From contig JBAUHS010000010.1 in the NCBI GenBank assembly GCA_049680405.1, positions 3,777-67,776 on the forward strand: DNA of 64,000 nucleotides. The letters are read 5' to 3'. The DNA is from Salaquimonas sp. (GTDB lineage: Bacteria; Pseudomonadota; Alphaproteobacteria; Rhizobiales; Rhizobiaceae). Shown here one piece after another: positions 40,382 through 48,747 of this stretch (positions within the stretch are counted from its first letter, which is position 1; every line of letters begins with the position of its first letter). A program made the position numbers and the translations under genes. The notes beneath the pieces were generated by a model. It made no database searches. It had not been told where the DNA came from and saw only the letters and a program-made list of their open reading frames with translations.

Positions 40382-41274
40382 GGGACGAGTGGCCCTCCAT
40401 CCATTTGATCTGAGTTATTTGCATAGCTCATTGCAAAGTCAGTTCCTGGAAGATGAGGAAAGCCTCTAAAATTGATAGTATTTGCAAATTTGGACTGACA
40501 GGTTTTAAGCGTTTTATCGCAACCGGGCCGAACGGTGATTTCATCTCCGATGCCAACGCTATGGTAAGCTCCAGACCACATAGACAACAAAACTTCATTG
40601 GTCGATGGGCCACGTTTCGTACTCGCAACTATCTCAATTGACTTGCCTTGGTTGGTGCCGGATTGAAATGTCAGCTTGCCCCCGGAAAACCAGTCATCCT
40701 GAAAACCGTCAAGTCCCGTGACGATCAATTGGTCCTTGTTCAAAACCTTAGAAACAACCGCTTGAACGCGAAAGCTCCCTTCAACATCAATCCTGCAATT
40801 TGCATCACCAAGTTTCGCGCTGCAGCGTCGGTCAAAGCGGCGCATTTTGGTTTGGTCAAGTTTGGCGGACAAGGATTTCAGCTCAGCTTTGAACACGCCA
40901 TCACTAAGTGATATCTCACCAAGCAAATAAGTTCCCATTAGAACCCTTTGCTCTGGTTGAGACCAGTTCACAACATAATGCCGAATGGACGCATTGTCAT
41001 AGACCCTTGTCGCAATATCCTCATCTGTGATCCTGTCAGATTGCAGGGCGCCCAATATTTCGTGATTGTCGGGAGTAAGGTTGTTTTGCATTTCAACCTG
41101 GCTGGCTTCAAATCCTGAACCCGCCTCGAAAACTACATCATCAAATTCGATATCAAGATCATGATCGGTAAATCCGAGGCTCGAGCCGTTTGTTAGCACA
41201 ATCTGCCAGCAGTTACTGAGCGTGATACATTCTGAATCCAGATGTGCTTGGAATTCGTTAGATATGGTTCTCAA
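40378..41274 (-). CDS. GTA g13-type hub protein (DUF2163 / BR0599 family)
   Basis: 298 aa. The N-terminus CWQIVLTNGSSLGFTDHD and the C-terminal FRGFPHLPG pattern are typical of phage BR0599/DUF2163. Position between g12 and g14. Confidence 0.85.
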   Translation of the reverse strand: MRTISNEFQAHLDSECITLSNCWQIVLTNGSSLGFTDHDLDIEFDDVVFEAGSGFEASQVEMQNNLTPDNHEILGALQSDRITDEDIATRVYDNASIRHYVVNWSQPEQRVLMGTYLLGEISLSDGVFKAELKSLSAKLDQTKMRRFDRRCSAKLGDANCRIDVEGSFRVQAVVSKVLNKDQLIVTGLDGFQDDWFSGGKLTFQSGTNQGKSIEIVASTKRGPSTNEVLLSMWSGAYHSVGIGDEITVRPGCDKTLKTCQSKFANTINFRGFPHLPGTDFAMSYANNSDQMDGGPLVP

Positions 41275-41921
41275 ATGACAATCTCCACCAAAGGAATGGA
41301 TGCAATTTCCCCAGCAATAAAATTCGTCATGCTTGCGGTAATTTCATCGGTCTCAAACCTAACTGGCACGTCAAACTCAAAGCCTGCATAAACGCTCTCG
41401 TTCAAAAGCGGCTGTTTACCAGTAAGGAACGCAATTTGGCCCGAAGTGGCATCCACAGTAAAATCCTGGCCTTCAACTTTCTGGATACCCCCAACAGAAA
41501 CAGAAACCGTTCCCTCCACTGGCTTGCGGATAGGCCTTTGCCATTTACCATCCCCGGAACCATAGGACTTGAGAAGCTGGAAAGAAGTTTTAGTTCCATC
41601 CCCGACACCAATCAGCTGATCGATCGGCGATATTTCAGATTTGGGAGAACAGGATTTATGATCGACCGGATCCTTGAAACGAAAACCGAATAATCTGCCG
41701 CGGCGCTCTTCGAAGAAAGCGATCACCTCAGCAATGTCATCAAGAGTCTTAACCCCATAACCGGCATTGTAACGTCGCCGAGAATTGGCCCAGCGGGCAT
41801 TACGTTGCTCCCGGCCGGAGCCCAATGTCACAATTTCGGTTCTGCGTTGAGGCCCGCCCGTTGCGCCGAGGGCAATGTCTGTTGGAAAGCGAGTCTCATG
41901 AAACGAGTTCAATGCTGTCAT
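41271..41921 (-). CDS. GTA g12-type distal tail protein (DUF2460)
   Basis: 216 aa. The N-terminus FHETRFPTDIALGATGGPQRRTEIVTLGSGREQRNARW is the DUF2460/TIGR02217 signature. Confidence 0.85.
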   Translation of the reverse strand: MTALNSFHETRFPTDIALGATGGPQRRTEIVTLGSGREQRNARWANSRRRYNAGYGVKTLDDIAEVIAFFEERRGRLFGFRFKDPVDHKSCSPKSEISPIDQLIGVGDGTKTSFQLLKSYGSGDGKWQRPIRKPVEGTVSVSVGGIQKVEGQDFTVDATSGQIAFLTGKQPLLNESVYAGFEFDVPVRFETDEITASMTNFIAGEIASIPLVEIVI

Positions 41922-41938
41922 CTCTTAATGCCTTTGGT

Positions 41939-42526
41939 TTAGAGTTTTCGCTGTCCGCGTTGAACTGTTCGAGCCAACATAGCCGTCAACTGCCCCTCAG
42001 ATCGTTTGAAGCTTGCTGCATCACTGGATTGAACATTGAAGACCACGTTTACCGGCGCTGCCGATGCTTTGGCAGCAACGCCCAATTTGCCGTCTGCTCC
42101 ACGGGTAAGCGGCATAACGGCTTCTGCGCCTGCTTCGCCCATCAAGCCTGTGCCCCCAGCAAAGGAAAACAGGCTGGGTGAGGAAACCACGCCGCCTTTT
42201 GCAAACGGAATTGGGCCTGCATTAGAATAGGCTCCACCCTTTGCATTTGGAACTGGCGCTGCAAAACTTGCGAGCACATTATTCATCAAACTTGAGATCG
42301 TGTTTTCGATTGGAGCAAACGCCTTGTTGAGTGCCATGGTTGAAAGACGCATGGCGATGGAGCGCAGCGTCTCCTCAAAACTCTTTCCCGTTATTGCAGC
42401 TGACTTGAGGGTGGAAGTAAATATCCTGCCAAAGTCCTTGGTACTGTCCTTTGCCGCATTCATAGCAGCGTTAAACGAAGACAGGTCGGCATTTACCGAA
42501 ACTGTTGTTTGGGGCGATTTATCCAA
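41939..42526 (-). CDS. GTA g11-type short tail tape measure protein
   Basis: 195 aa, Ala/Gly/Ser-rich. The motif GEAGAEAVMPL is typical of tape-measure C-terminal regions. Position between the chaperone ORFs and g12. Confidence 0.75.
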   Translation of the reverse strand: MDKSPQTTVSVNADLSSFNAAMNAAKDSTKDFGRIFTSTLKSAAITGKSFEETLRSIAMRLSTMALNKAFAPIENTISSLMNNVLASFAAPVPNAKGGAYSNAGPIPFAKGGVVSSPSLFSFAGGTGLMGEAGAEAVMPLTRGADGKLGVAAKASAAPVNVVFNVQSSDAASFKRSEGQLTAMLARTVQRGQRKL

Positions 42527-42527
42527 T

Positions 42528-42728
42528 TTAATATCCTTTGGTATCGGGATAGGCGTTGATTATGTCTTGCAGCTGCGATCTGGACATCGCAGTACGAGGC
42601 TGGTCCGGAAATTTTGCTTTAATTAAAAGGTTGAATTCCGGTAAGGTCAGCTGCCAAAACTCTTTGGGTTTCATTCCCAACACGCCAAAGGCAAAATTTG
42701 CTGCATTGCTCCACCAAAGCCCCCGCAT
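42528..42728 (-). CDS. GTA g10.1-type protein (rcc01693 / TIGR02216-like, tail assembly chaperone-associated)
   Basis: 66 aa. The FGVLGMKPKEFWQLTLPEFNLL pattern. Its ATG directly follows, in frame, the TGA of the upstream ORF. Confidence 0.7.
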   Translation of the reverse strand: MRGLWWSNAANFAFGVLGMKPKEFWQLTLPEFNLLIKAKFPDQPRTAMSRSQLQDIINAYPDTKGY

Positions 42729-43049
42729 TCAGCTGTCGCTTGTGCCAAAGCTGGCAATCAGTAAATCAGCAACAATTCTTGCAAAGCCTGCAGCACCATC
42801 AGTACATCTCATTTCTGAAATGTCTTGCCGGGAAATGTCATGGCCCCCGCCTTTCAGGCCAGCTTGAATGATGGCCATCAGATCAGCAGATGAAAACTTT
42901 CCCGCAGAAAGAATCTCAGCAAGCTTGGGTAGATCATCGACATGAAAATAGTCTTCAAGCTCTGCCAATGCGCCAAGGGTCAAGCAAAGTGTCCATTGCC
43001 GATCATTAAGTTCAACCGTGATTTCGCCTCTACGTGGGTTGGCCATCAA
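42729..43049 (-). CDS. GTA g10-type protein (gene transfer agent family / tail assembly chaperone-like)
   Basis: 106 aa. NPRRGEITVELNDRQWTLCLTLGALAELE is typical of the GTA family protein that follows the tail tube gene. Confidence 0.7.
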   Translation of the reverse strand: MMANPRRGEITVELNDRQWTLCLTLGALAELEDYFHVDDLPKLAEILSAGKFSSADLMAIIQAGLKGGGHDISRQDISEMRCTDGAAGFARIVADLLIASFGTSDS

Positions 43050-43459
43050 GTGATCACCTGAAAAGTGATGGAGCCTGCAGATTCCAAAACAATTTCGAAG
43101 GTCACCTCGCCATTGTGTTGACCGGCATATTCCAGCGCTGTTATCTGAAACAAACCTTCCAGAGCTCCAAATTCAGGAATGACCACCTGCCAGTTTTTTA
43201 TATCACCGGCAAAGAAGACATCTCTGATCCGTTCATCCGATGCTGCATCCTTGAAAATACCGGAACCATTGATTGAGGCACGGCGTAGGCCAGAGCCCCC
43301 CAGAAGCTCCCGCCATCTACCGGCTGATTCAGAATCGGTGATATCAACGGTTTCCGTGTTGAATGAAATCTGCCGGGACCGAAGTCCGGCCACGGTTACA
43401 AAACCATTGGGAGCATCATCGACCTTCAACAGAAGGTCTTTACCTTTTTGAGCGCTCAT
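43046..43459 (-). CDS. GTA g9-type major tail (tube) protein, TP901-1 family
   Basis: 137 aa. The GKDLLLKVDD...FVTVAGLRSRQISFNTETVDITD pattern. Confidence 0.85.
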   Translation of the reverse strand: MSAQKGKDLLLKVDDAPNGFVTVAGLRSRQISFNTETVDITDSESAGRWRELLGGSGLRRASINGSGIFKDAASDERIRDVFFAGDIKNWQVVIPEFGALEGLFQITALEYAGQHNGEVTFEIVLESAGSITFQVIT

Positions 43460-43486
43460 TGTTATTCCTTTGAAAATTATTGCAAA

Positions 43487-43897
43487 TCATTCGGTTATGG
43501 GTTCGGTGACTGCTCTGAATGTAGAACTTGCCGTGAAAAACCTGTTGTCTTTCGTGCGATTGCTGGTGGTTGTTTCCCATGTGAAATTGATCAGGTGGTG
43601 GCCATCAATCAGTTTTGGCATTGCTTTAAGGGCAGCTTTTACGGCATCAACTATCACTCCGACTTCCTTGCGCCCTTTCGCAGAAGACCAGGCGATAATT
43701 TCAATGAGATGCTCTTCTCCCGCTTCTGTGCCAGTGCTCCAATCGTCACTCTCAATTTTGCTAAACACCAGATAAGGAAAAACTGAATGATCTGGAACGC
43801 CGTCAAAGACCTGCCGACCACCAAGAATTGAAAGCAGGGGTTGATCACCTATCAAAGTATCGAAAATCGCCTTTTGGACTGAAATGGCCGCGTTCAT
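43487..43897 (-). CDS. GTA g8-type tail terminator/completion protein (DUF3168)
   Basis: 136 aa. DUF3168-like pattern VFDGVP....PYLVF...SDDWST...GEEHLIEIIAWS. Confidence 0.75.
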   Translation of the reverse strand: MNAAISVQKAIFDTLIGDQPLLSILGGRQVFDGVPDHSVFPYLVFSKIESDDWSTGTEAGEEHLIEIIAWSSAKGRKEVGVIVDAVKAALKAMPKLIDGHHLINFTWETTTSNRTKDNRFFTASSTFRAVTEPITE

Positions 43898-44070
43898 CTT
43901 TGTTGCTTCCTGAATTTTGAATCACCGGAAAATTTCTTGTTTCTGGCCTGTTTCTTCCGACTTTCATCACGTGTATTTCTGTGTTCAGCAGGAATATCCG
44001 TTTTTGGGAAAAGTGCTTTTTGCAAGGTTACCGAAAGGCTTTGGGTTGTGAATTCGACTGAAAACTTCAT
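43894..44070 (-). CDS. Unannotated 58-aa ORF between g7 and g8 (below the ORF-track length cutoff)
   Basis: My own minus-strand translation is MKFSVEFTTQSLSVTLQKALFPKTDIPAEHRNTRDESRKKQARNKKFSGDSKFRKQQR. The ATG overlaps the g7 stop (ATGA) and the stop overlaps the g8 ATG (ATGA). It exactly fills an otherwise empty 169-nt gap. Confidence 0.35.
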   Translation of the reverse strand: MKFSVEFTTQSLSVTLQKALFPKTDIPAEHRNTRDESRKKQARNKKFSGDSKFRKQQR

Positions 44071-44402
44071 TCCGTCTCTCTAACTTCACAAAGAAAGTAT
44101 CTTCCACTTTCATCATGGTCCGTGACAACATCGATCAAGAAAGTTCTGGAGCCAGAGACAAATCTCATACCCGGCTCCACCCCCGGTCTCTGGCGAATGT
44201 AAATCCAATGGGTGTGCTCGGTTCTGTTGCTATCTGCCTCTGCAACCAGAATTCCTTTGATCGGAATCAGTTTTGCCCACACATCAAATTGTGGGATCCA
44301 GGTTTCACTTACTCCGCCGCAGCCATCTTCTGACTCTGTTGGAGCTTCAAGCGACAATCTTACATTAAAATGACCGGACTGAAGAAATTGATGAACTGTC
44401 AA
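44067..44402 (-). CDS. GTA g7-type head closure / head-tail adaptor protein
   Basis: 111 aa. TIGR01563-like pattern WAKLIPIKG....A........THWIYIR......GMRF....RTF.I. Overlaps g6 by 4 nt. Confidence 0.8.
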   Translation of the reverse strand: MTVHQFLQSGHFNVRLSLEAPTESEDGCGGVSETWIPQFDVWAKLIPIKGILVAEADSNRTEHTHWIYIRQRPGVEPGMRFVSGSRTFLIDVVTDHDESGRYFLCEVRETE

Positions 44403-44968
44403 AGCCGCACCCTCCGGAAGGGAGCAATAAGCGTTTGAAACCCTTGCGGCTCATTGGCAGGCTGCTGGTCAATAGTGACGGCACCGCGAAACTCATAATT
44501 ATGGGCGACCAGCAGCAGTAGCGCCCGACGCAAACTGTCAGGAACATCTATTCCGGTATTGCCAAACCCAACCACAAGGTCGATCTCTACACCGTTAATT
44601 TTGCGTTGCGTATGAACTGCTGTCTTCACCAGCAAGCGAGAGGGAGTTGAAATTCTGTCTAGCTCCAGAGCTCCCAGCGGTACGCTTTCGGGCGAGCCAT
44701 TTGCATCATAGATGCGCATATCAAGAACCCCCTGAACAGGTCCTTTGCCCAATCTGAATTGATTGCTGTCTGAAAAGCCGTCAAAATATTCGCGCCAGAT
44801 CTGGGTGATGAGACTGACGCCAAGAATGACCTCAAGGTGATTCACAGCAGCCTTGATCAATCCAGTGAGATAATCATCATCATCTGAAGTCTCGATGCGC
44901 AAATGGCTTTTTACTTCGGCCAGAGTCAGCGGCAATGCAGCTGGTGGAGTGATTAAAACGGCAACCAT
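44399..44968 (-). CDS. GTA g6-type head-tail connector (phage gp6-like)
   Basis: The track ORF (to 45229) runs into the capsid gene. The start was reassigned to the Met at 44968, giving MVAVLITPPAALPLTLAEVKSHLRIETSDDDDYLTGLIKAA, the gp6-like signature. Confidence 0.75.
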   Translation of the reverse strand: MVAVLITPPAALPLTLAEVKSHLRIETSDDDDYLTGLIKAAVNHLEVILGVSLITQIWREYFDGFSDSNQFRLGKGPVQGVLDMRIYDANGSPESVPLGALELDRISTPSRLLVKTAVHTQRKINGVEIDLVVGFGNTGIDVPDSLRRALLLLVAHNYEFRGAVTIDQQPANEPQGFQTLIAPFRRVRL

Positions 44969-44995
44969 AAATTCTTCCAAATTGAGGGATGAATG

Positions 44996-45070
44996 AAAAG
45001 GCCCCACCCGGTTTAAAATACCGGATGGGGCCGCGATACACGCCGGCAAGGCACGAGGAGGCACCTTGCC
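44996..45070 (-). terminator. Tandem hairpins after the capsid gene; the distal one is a strong intrinsic terminator
   Basis: Minus strand, hairpin 1 is GGCAAGG-(12 nt)-CCTTGCC (45045-45070). Hairpin 2 is GGCCCCATCCGG-TATTTTAAA-CCGGGTGGGGCC (45000-45032): 12 bp with one G:U pair, followed by TTTTCATTC. Confidence 0.7.
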
Positions 45071-45089
45071 AAGAGCCGGGAGGAGAACT

Positions 45090-46424
45090 CTAAGCGGTAC
45101 CGAACTTGATGAGCTTGATGGCGTCAAAGTCTTGAATGCCGCCACCCACTCGCTTCGTGGTGTAGAAAAGAACATAAGGTTTGGCTGAATAAGGATCCCG
45201 CAATACGCGGACACCAGCACGATCAACAATCAAATAACCCCGATTGAAGTCCCCAAAAGCGATGGACAGGCTGTCTGTTGCTATATCCGGCATGTCTTCA
45301 GCCTCCAGAACCGGGAAGCCCATCAACATGGCTTTTTCACCAACTGTTGCAGGTGGTTGCCATAGATAATTGCCATCGGCGTCTTTCAGTTTACGAATGT
45401 CGGCCTGCGTGCGGCGGTTCATCAACCAGTTGGCATTTTGCCGATAGCCTGCCTTGAGAGAATAGATGCTTTCGACCAGGACATCAGAAGGGTCGGTGCT
45501 AACAAAATCACCATCACCGCCTGTTGGCGTATACCCAAGATTTCCCCAGCTCCAACTTGTTTCAGCAACTACCGGATTATCCAAAATACCCTTTGGTTTA
45601 TTCACCCCATCGCCGCTGATAAATGCGGCGCTTTCCTGCTCGGCAAAGGCCGTTTCAACTTCCTGCGCAAGCCAGGCATCAATATTGATGGCTGCATCAT
45701 CCAACAGCGCCGAAGTCGCCGCCGGCATTGCATACAGTTCCATTGTTGGGAATTGCAACTCAGATAACGACGGTGCTGCGGTTTGCGGTCGAAGATCAGT
45801 TTCTGAAACCCATCCTGTGGCGGGGCCTGTCATGGCAAATGGTTTCTTGTACATCGACGAAGATACCGTGATGACTGAAGCCACTGAACGAATAGGGGAA
45901 ATCATCGATAGACGACGGCCAATTTCTGAAGCCGTTTCGTCCGGCACCAAATACCCGCCATCGGGGTCAGAAGATGAGGACATTGCCTTTTCTTCAAAAC
46001 GTCTCAGATCGTTCTCATTACCTCTTCGCACATAACCATTGAAGGCATTCTTATGCTCGATTGAGGCAATTGAGTAGCCTTTTGAACTTTCCGAACCTGG
46101 CCTGCGGCTTTTCAGAAACAGCTGATCCATCAAATGTTTCTGCTGATCGAGCGCGGAGTTGATGCGGTTCATTTTCTCAGTGGTCACAACATCCGCACCT
46201 ACGCGGGTTTCGACTTGCGCCAAACGCTCGTCATTGGCTTCGCGAAAAGCCTCAAAAGCGATCATGAAGTCATCAAACGCTTCAGCAACTTCGCTGGCAT
46301 TGCCAACTGCAACTGTCGGAGAAAGCGTGGTTTCCATCAGATCGTTTTTACGCGAAAGCGCTTTGGTTTCAGGCGCGGCTTTTCTGCCGCCGGGTTTCCC
46401 CGTTCTGTTTGTCAGTTTATTCAT
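45090..46424 (-). CDS. GTA g5-type major capsid protein, HK97 family
   Basis: 444 aa. N-terminal delta-like region with FEAFREANDERL, and an HK97-fold core (...GGYLVPDE..., FPTMELYAMP, ...VDRAGVRVLRDPYSAKPYVLFYTTKRVGGG). Confidence 0.92.
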   Translation of the reverse strand: MNKLTNRTGKPGGRKAAPETKALSRKNDLMETTLSPTVAVGNASEVAEAFDDFMIAFEAFREANDERLAQVETRVGADVVTTEKMNRINSALDQQKHLMDQLFLKSRRPGSESSKGYSIASIEHKNAFNGYVRRGNENDLRRFEEKAMSSSSDPDGGYLVPDETASEIGRRLSMISPIRSVASVITVSSSMYKKPFAMTGPATGWVSETDLRPQTAAPSLSELQFPTMELYAMPAATSALLDDAAINIDAWLAQEVETAFAEQESAAFISGDGVNKPKGILDNPVVAETSWSWGNLGYTPTGGDGDFVSTDPSDVLVESIYSLKAGYRQNANWLMNRRTQADIRKLKDADGNYLWQPPATVGEKAMLMGFPVLEAEDMPDIATDSLSIAFGDFNRGYLIVDRAGVRVLRDPYSAKPYVLFYTTKRVGGGIQDFDAIKLIKFGTA

Positions 46425-46439
46425 GGTTTTTCCTATGAT

Positions 46440-47135
46440 TTAGGGATGAAAAATGCTGGCAGCTGCTCTGATGCGACTTGCCAACTGGCTTTTCCCTGTC
46501 ACCGCATCGCGCTGGCTTAGGGCATGGCGATAACCTTTGGTAACAACCAATCGAGCATCGCCTCGCGACAGACCGGCATCCCGCACGAGCCATCGCTCAA
46601 ATTCTCTTATTGTAGGGTTCTGTTTGGCTTGCCACGCAACACATGAAGGCATGCTTTTTACGGACTTTATCCGGGCGCTTTCCTGCATGGGAAATGTAAC
46701 GACAGATATCTCCCATAAATCCGCTTCTAGGATGCGTCTCGATCCGGTAAGTGGGTCCTGGCGGGACCGAATGGTTCGAAACCCGATTGACAGACCGTCA
46801 ACTGCTCCAGTTCGCATGAGCTCAAGAACCTCTCGGCCTTTCACCGCCCCGGTGGTAATCTTACCACGAACCTCCAAACCATGCTCGGTCTCAGATATGG
46901 CCTCCCAAACTCCGATCGGCTCATCAGGATTGTGCTGAAAAAGCATACGAATATTGGATGCTCCGCGCTTTGCCAAGGAAGCTGAAAATGCACCCGGCGC
47001 TACAATGTCATTGCCCAGATCCACCTCATTATACACGCTCGCATAACCAGAAAAATTTCCGTCCAATCGAACCTGCTCAAGATTGCTCGACACAAATTTC
47101 GTCTCACGCAATTTCGCCAAACTATTGCTGTTCAT
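46440..47135 (-). CDS. GTA g4-type prohead protease, HK97 family
   Basis: 231 aa. FSGYASVYNEVDLGNDIVAPGAF...MLFQHNPDEPIGVW...GLSIGF motifs. Confidence 0.9.
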   Translation of the reverse strand: MNSNSLAKLRETKFVSSNLEQVRLDGNFSGYASVYNEVDLGNDIVAPGAFSASLAKRGASNIRMLFQHNPDEPIGVWEAISETEHGLEVRGKITTGAVKGREVLELMRTGAVDGLSIGFRTIRSRQDPLTGSRRILEADLWEISVVTFPMQESARIKSVKSMPSCVAWQAKQNPTIREFERWLVRDAGLSRGDARLVVTKGYRHALSQRDAVTGKSQLASRIRAAASIFHP

Positions 47136-47156
47136 TCACAACTCCATATTCATCAA

Positions 47157-47501
47157 TCAGGATGTTTGATTGGGTAGTTTAATTTTATTTCCAAGCGCTC
47201 CGCGAAGGAGGCCCAAAGCCCACCATGCGCAAAGGCTGGCGGCTGTTGCCCCCATCAAGGCTATTTCGAATTTTGACAATTGATCGCTTACATCGAAATA
47301 GGATGCGATCTTGGCACCCGATGTCGGGCCAAAACTGATTCCAAGGATCACGCCGGTGATAAACCGAATTGCCGCTTCACGGCGGCCCTTTGGCAGCACA
47401 TAAGCAATTGAAATCGCTGAACCGAGAACTGCGCCAACACCTTTGGCAACCCAAAGCCAGGCGGCTTCGGGCAGATCGTAAAAGGCAATGTTACCGGTCA
47501 T
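47157..47501 (-). CDS. Small three-TM membrane protein in the g3.5 position (portal-protease spacer)
   Basis: 114 aa from the ATG at 47501, which overlaps the portal end by 11 nt. The hydrophobic helices are AAWLWVAKGVGAVLGSAISIAYVL, AIRFITGVILGISFG and FEIALMGATAASLCAWWALGLL. Confidence 0.5.
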   Translation of the reverse strand: MTGNIAFYDLPEAAWLWVAKGVGAVLGSAISIAYVLPKGRREAAIRFITGVILGISFGPTSGAKIASYFDVSDQLSKFEIALMGATAASLCAWWALGLLRGALGNKIKLPNQTS

Positions 47502-48720
47502 CGAAAGCTTGCCCCGTCCGGCTACCTTGGCCAATCGCTCCATAACCGGTGGCAAGTCGTTTTTCGTCTGGTGTCAGAAAATCTGCTTCACTCAACCGTT
47601 TCCATAACGCATCGCGGTCTACAGAAAGTGCCTCAATCCGGTCCCGATCGATATCAAGGCGTAAACAGTGCGACCAATTGGGGCCAAGCCAGTTTTGAAT
47701 TGCCGTAACAACCCGCGCCACCATTGGTAAAATTGTTTGACGCCATAAAGCCAGGTTCGCTTCACGATAATTGGAATAGGTATTGTCCCCAGGAATTCCG
47801 AGCAGCATTGGCGGCACGCCGAAGGCAAGAGCAATATCGCGGGCCGCAGCGTTTCTTGCCTCGATGAAATCCATATCTTTCGGACTGAAACCCATTTGCT
47901 TCCAATCCAAGCCTCCCTCAAGAAGCATGGGTCGGCCTGCCCTACTCGCTCCTGTATATCCTTCTTCAAGTTCGACCTTGAGGCGTTCAAATTGTTCATC
48001 AGTCAGGTTGGTGCTTTCCCCCGAACCATAGACCAATGCACCGGACGGTCTTGCTGAATTATCCAACAGTGCCTTGTTCCATTTGCTCGCAGAGTTATGG
48101 ATATCAAGGGCCATATGGGCAGAAGCGAGAGGCGATACTCCCTCAAAATCATCTAGTGGATTGTAAAGTGCCAGATGCAGAATTGGGGAATGAACATCAG
48201 ACATTTCGTATCGAGTCTTGCGACCATTCACGCTGTAATCATAGGCTATCGGCCATCCGCTTTCATCGCGAATGCTTTCCATTCGGTCTGCCCGAAGCGC
48301 ATAAAGCTCTTTTGGAAAGCCATCCAGTTCGCTCTGGGACAAATAGGCATTCCCGCAAATCAACAGGCTCGAGAAAACGGCGTCAAAAAGCCCCTGGCCG
48401 CTCTGTCTGGCATTGGGTCTATTAAGCAAATCCAGCAATGGATGGGTATCCATCTCATCGTCGCCATCATAGGCTAACAGAGGAAGTGCCGCTGCTGACT
48501 CCGACAATAATCGGATACAGCGGTGAACAATGGGATTCTTGATATATCCTTCCCGCGCCAACCCACCATAGCTCGCATCACACCAGTTCGCCTCACCTAA
48601 TCCATGAAGGGCTATCAGCGGATTAAAGGCAGACTTCCGTTCGAGAGCCGAGGCGGTTTTGACGGTCAAAGGCCAAGTCTTATCGCTACCCTGGCGAAGC
48701 CAGCGCATAATTTTGCTCAT
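47491..48720 (-). CDS. GTA g3-type portal protein, HK97 family
   Basis: 409 aa. Pattern NPIVHRCIRLLSESAAALPL...GNAYL... and the C-terminal DEKRLATGY. Confidence 0.92.
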   Translation of the reverse strand: MSKIMRWLRQGSDKTWPLTVKTASALERKSAFNPLIALHGLGEANWCDASYGGLAREGYIKNPIVHRCIRLLSESAAALPLLAYDGDDEMDTHPLLDLLNRPNARQSGQGLFDAVFSSLLICGNAYLSQSELDGFPKELYALRADRMESIRDESGWPIAYDYSVNGRKTRYEMSDVHSPILHLALYNPLDDFEGVSPLASAHMALDIHNSASKWNKALLDNSARPSGALVYGSGESTNLTDEQFERLKVELEEGYTGASRAGRPMLLEGGLDWKQMGFSPKDMDFIEARNAAARDIALAFGVPPMLLGIPGDNTYSNYREANLALWRQTILPMVARVVTAIQNWLGPNWSHCLRLDIDRDRIEALSVDRDALWKRLSEADFLTPDEKRLATGYGAIGQGSRTGQAFDDR

Positions 48721-48747
48721 TTGAATTCCAATATTATTAGTGGTGAA

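Noticed and set aside
44969-45229. N-terminal 87 codons of the 276-aa track ORF (44399..45229), which would overlap the capsid gene.
   Set aside because: That part is low-complexity. It overlaps the capsid 3' end and spans the terminator hairpins. The gp6-like signature starts at the Met at 44968.
45466-46035. Long antisense ORFs inside confidently assigned genes. Examples are 45466..46035 (189 aa), 25528..26064 (178 aa), 49956..50537 (193 aa), 20022..20594 (190 aa), 5911..6405 (164 aa) and 16605..17081 (158 aa).
   Set aside because: Each lies fully within a gene that has strong family motifs on the other strand. Their products are low-complexity (Ser/Pro/Arg/Cys-rich) with no motifs, which is typical of shadow ORFs.
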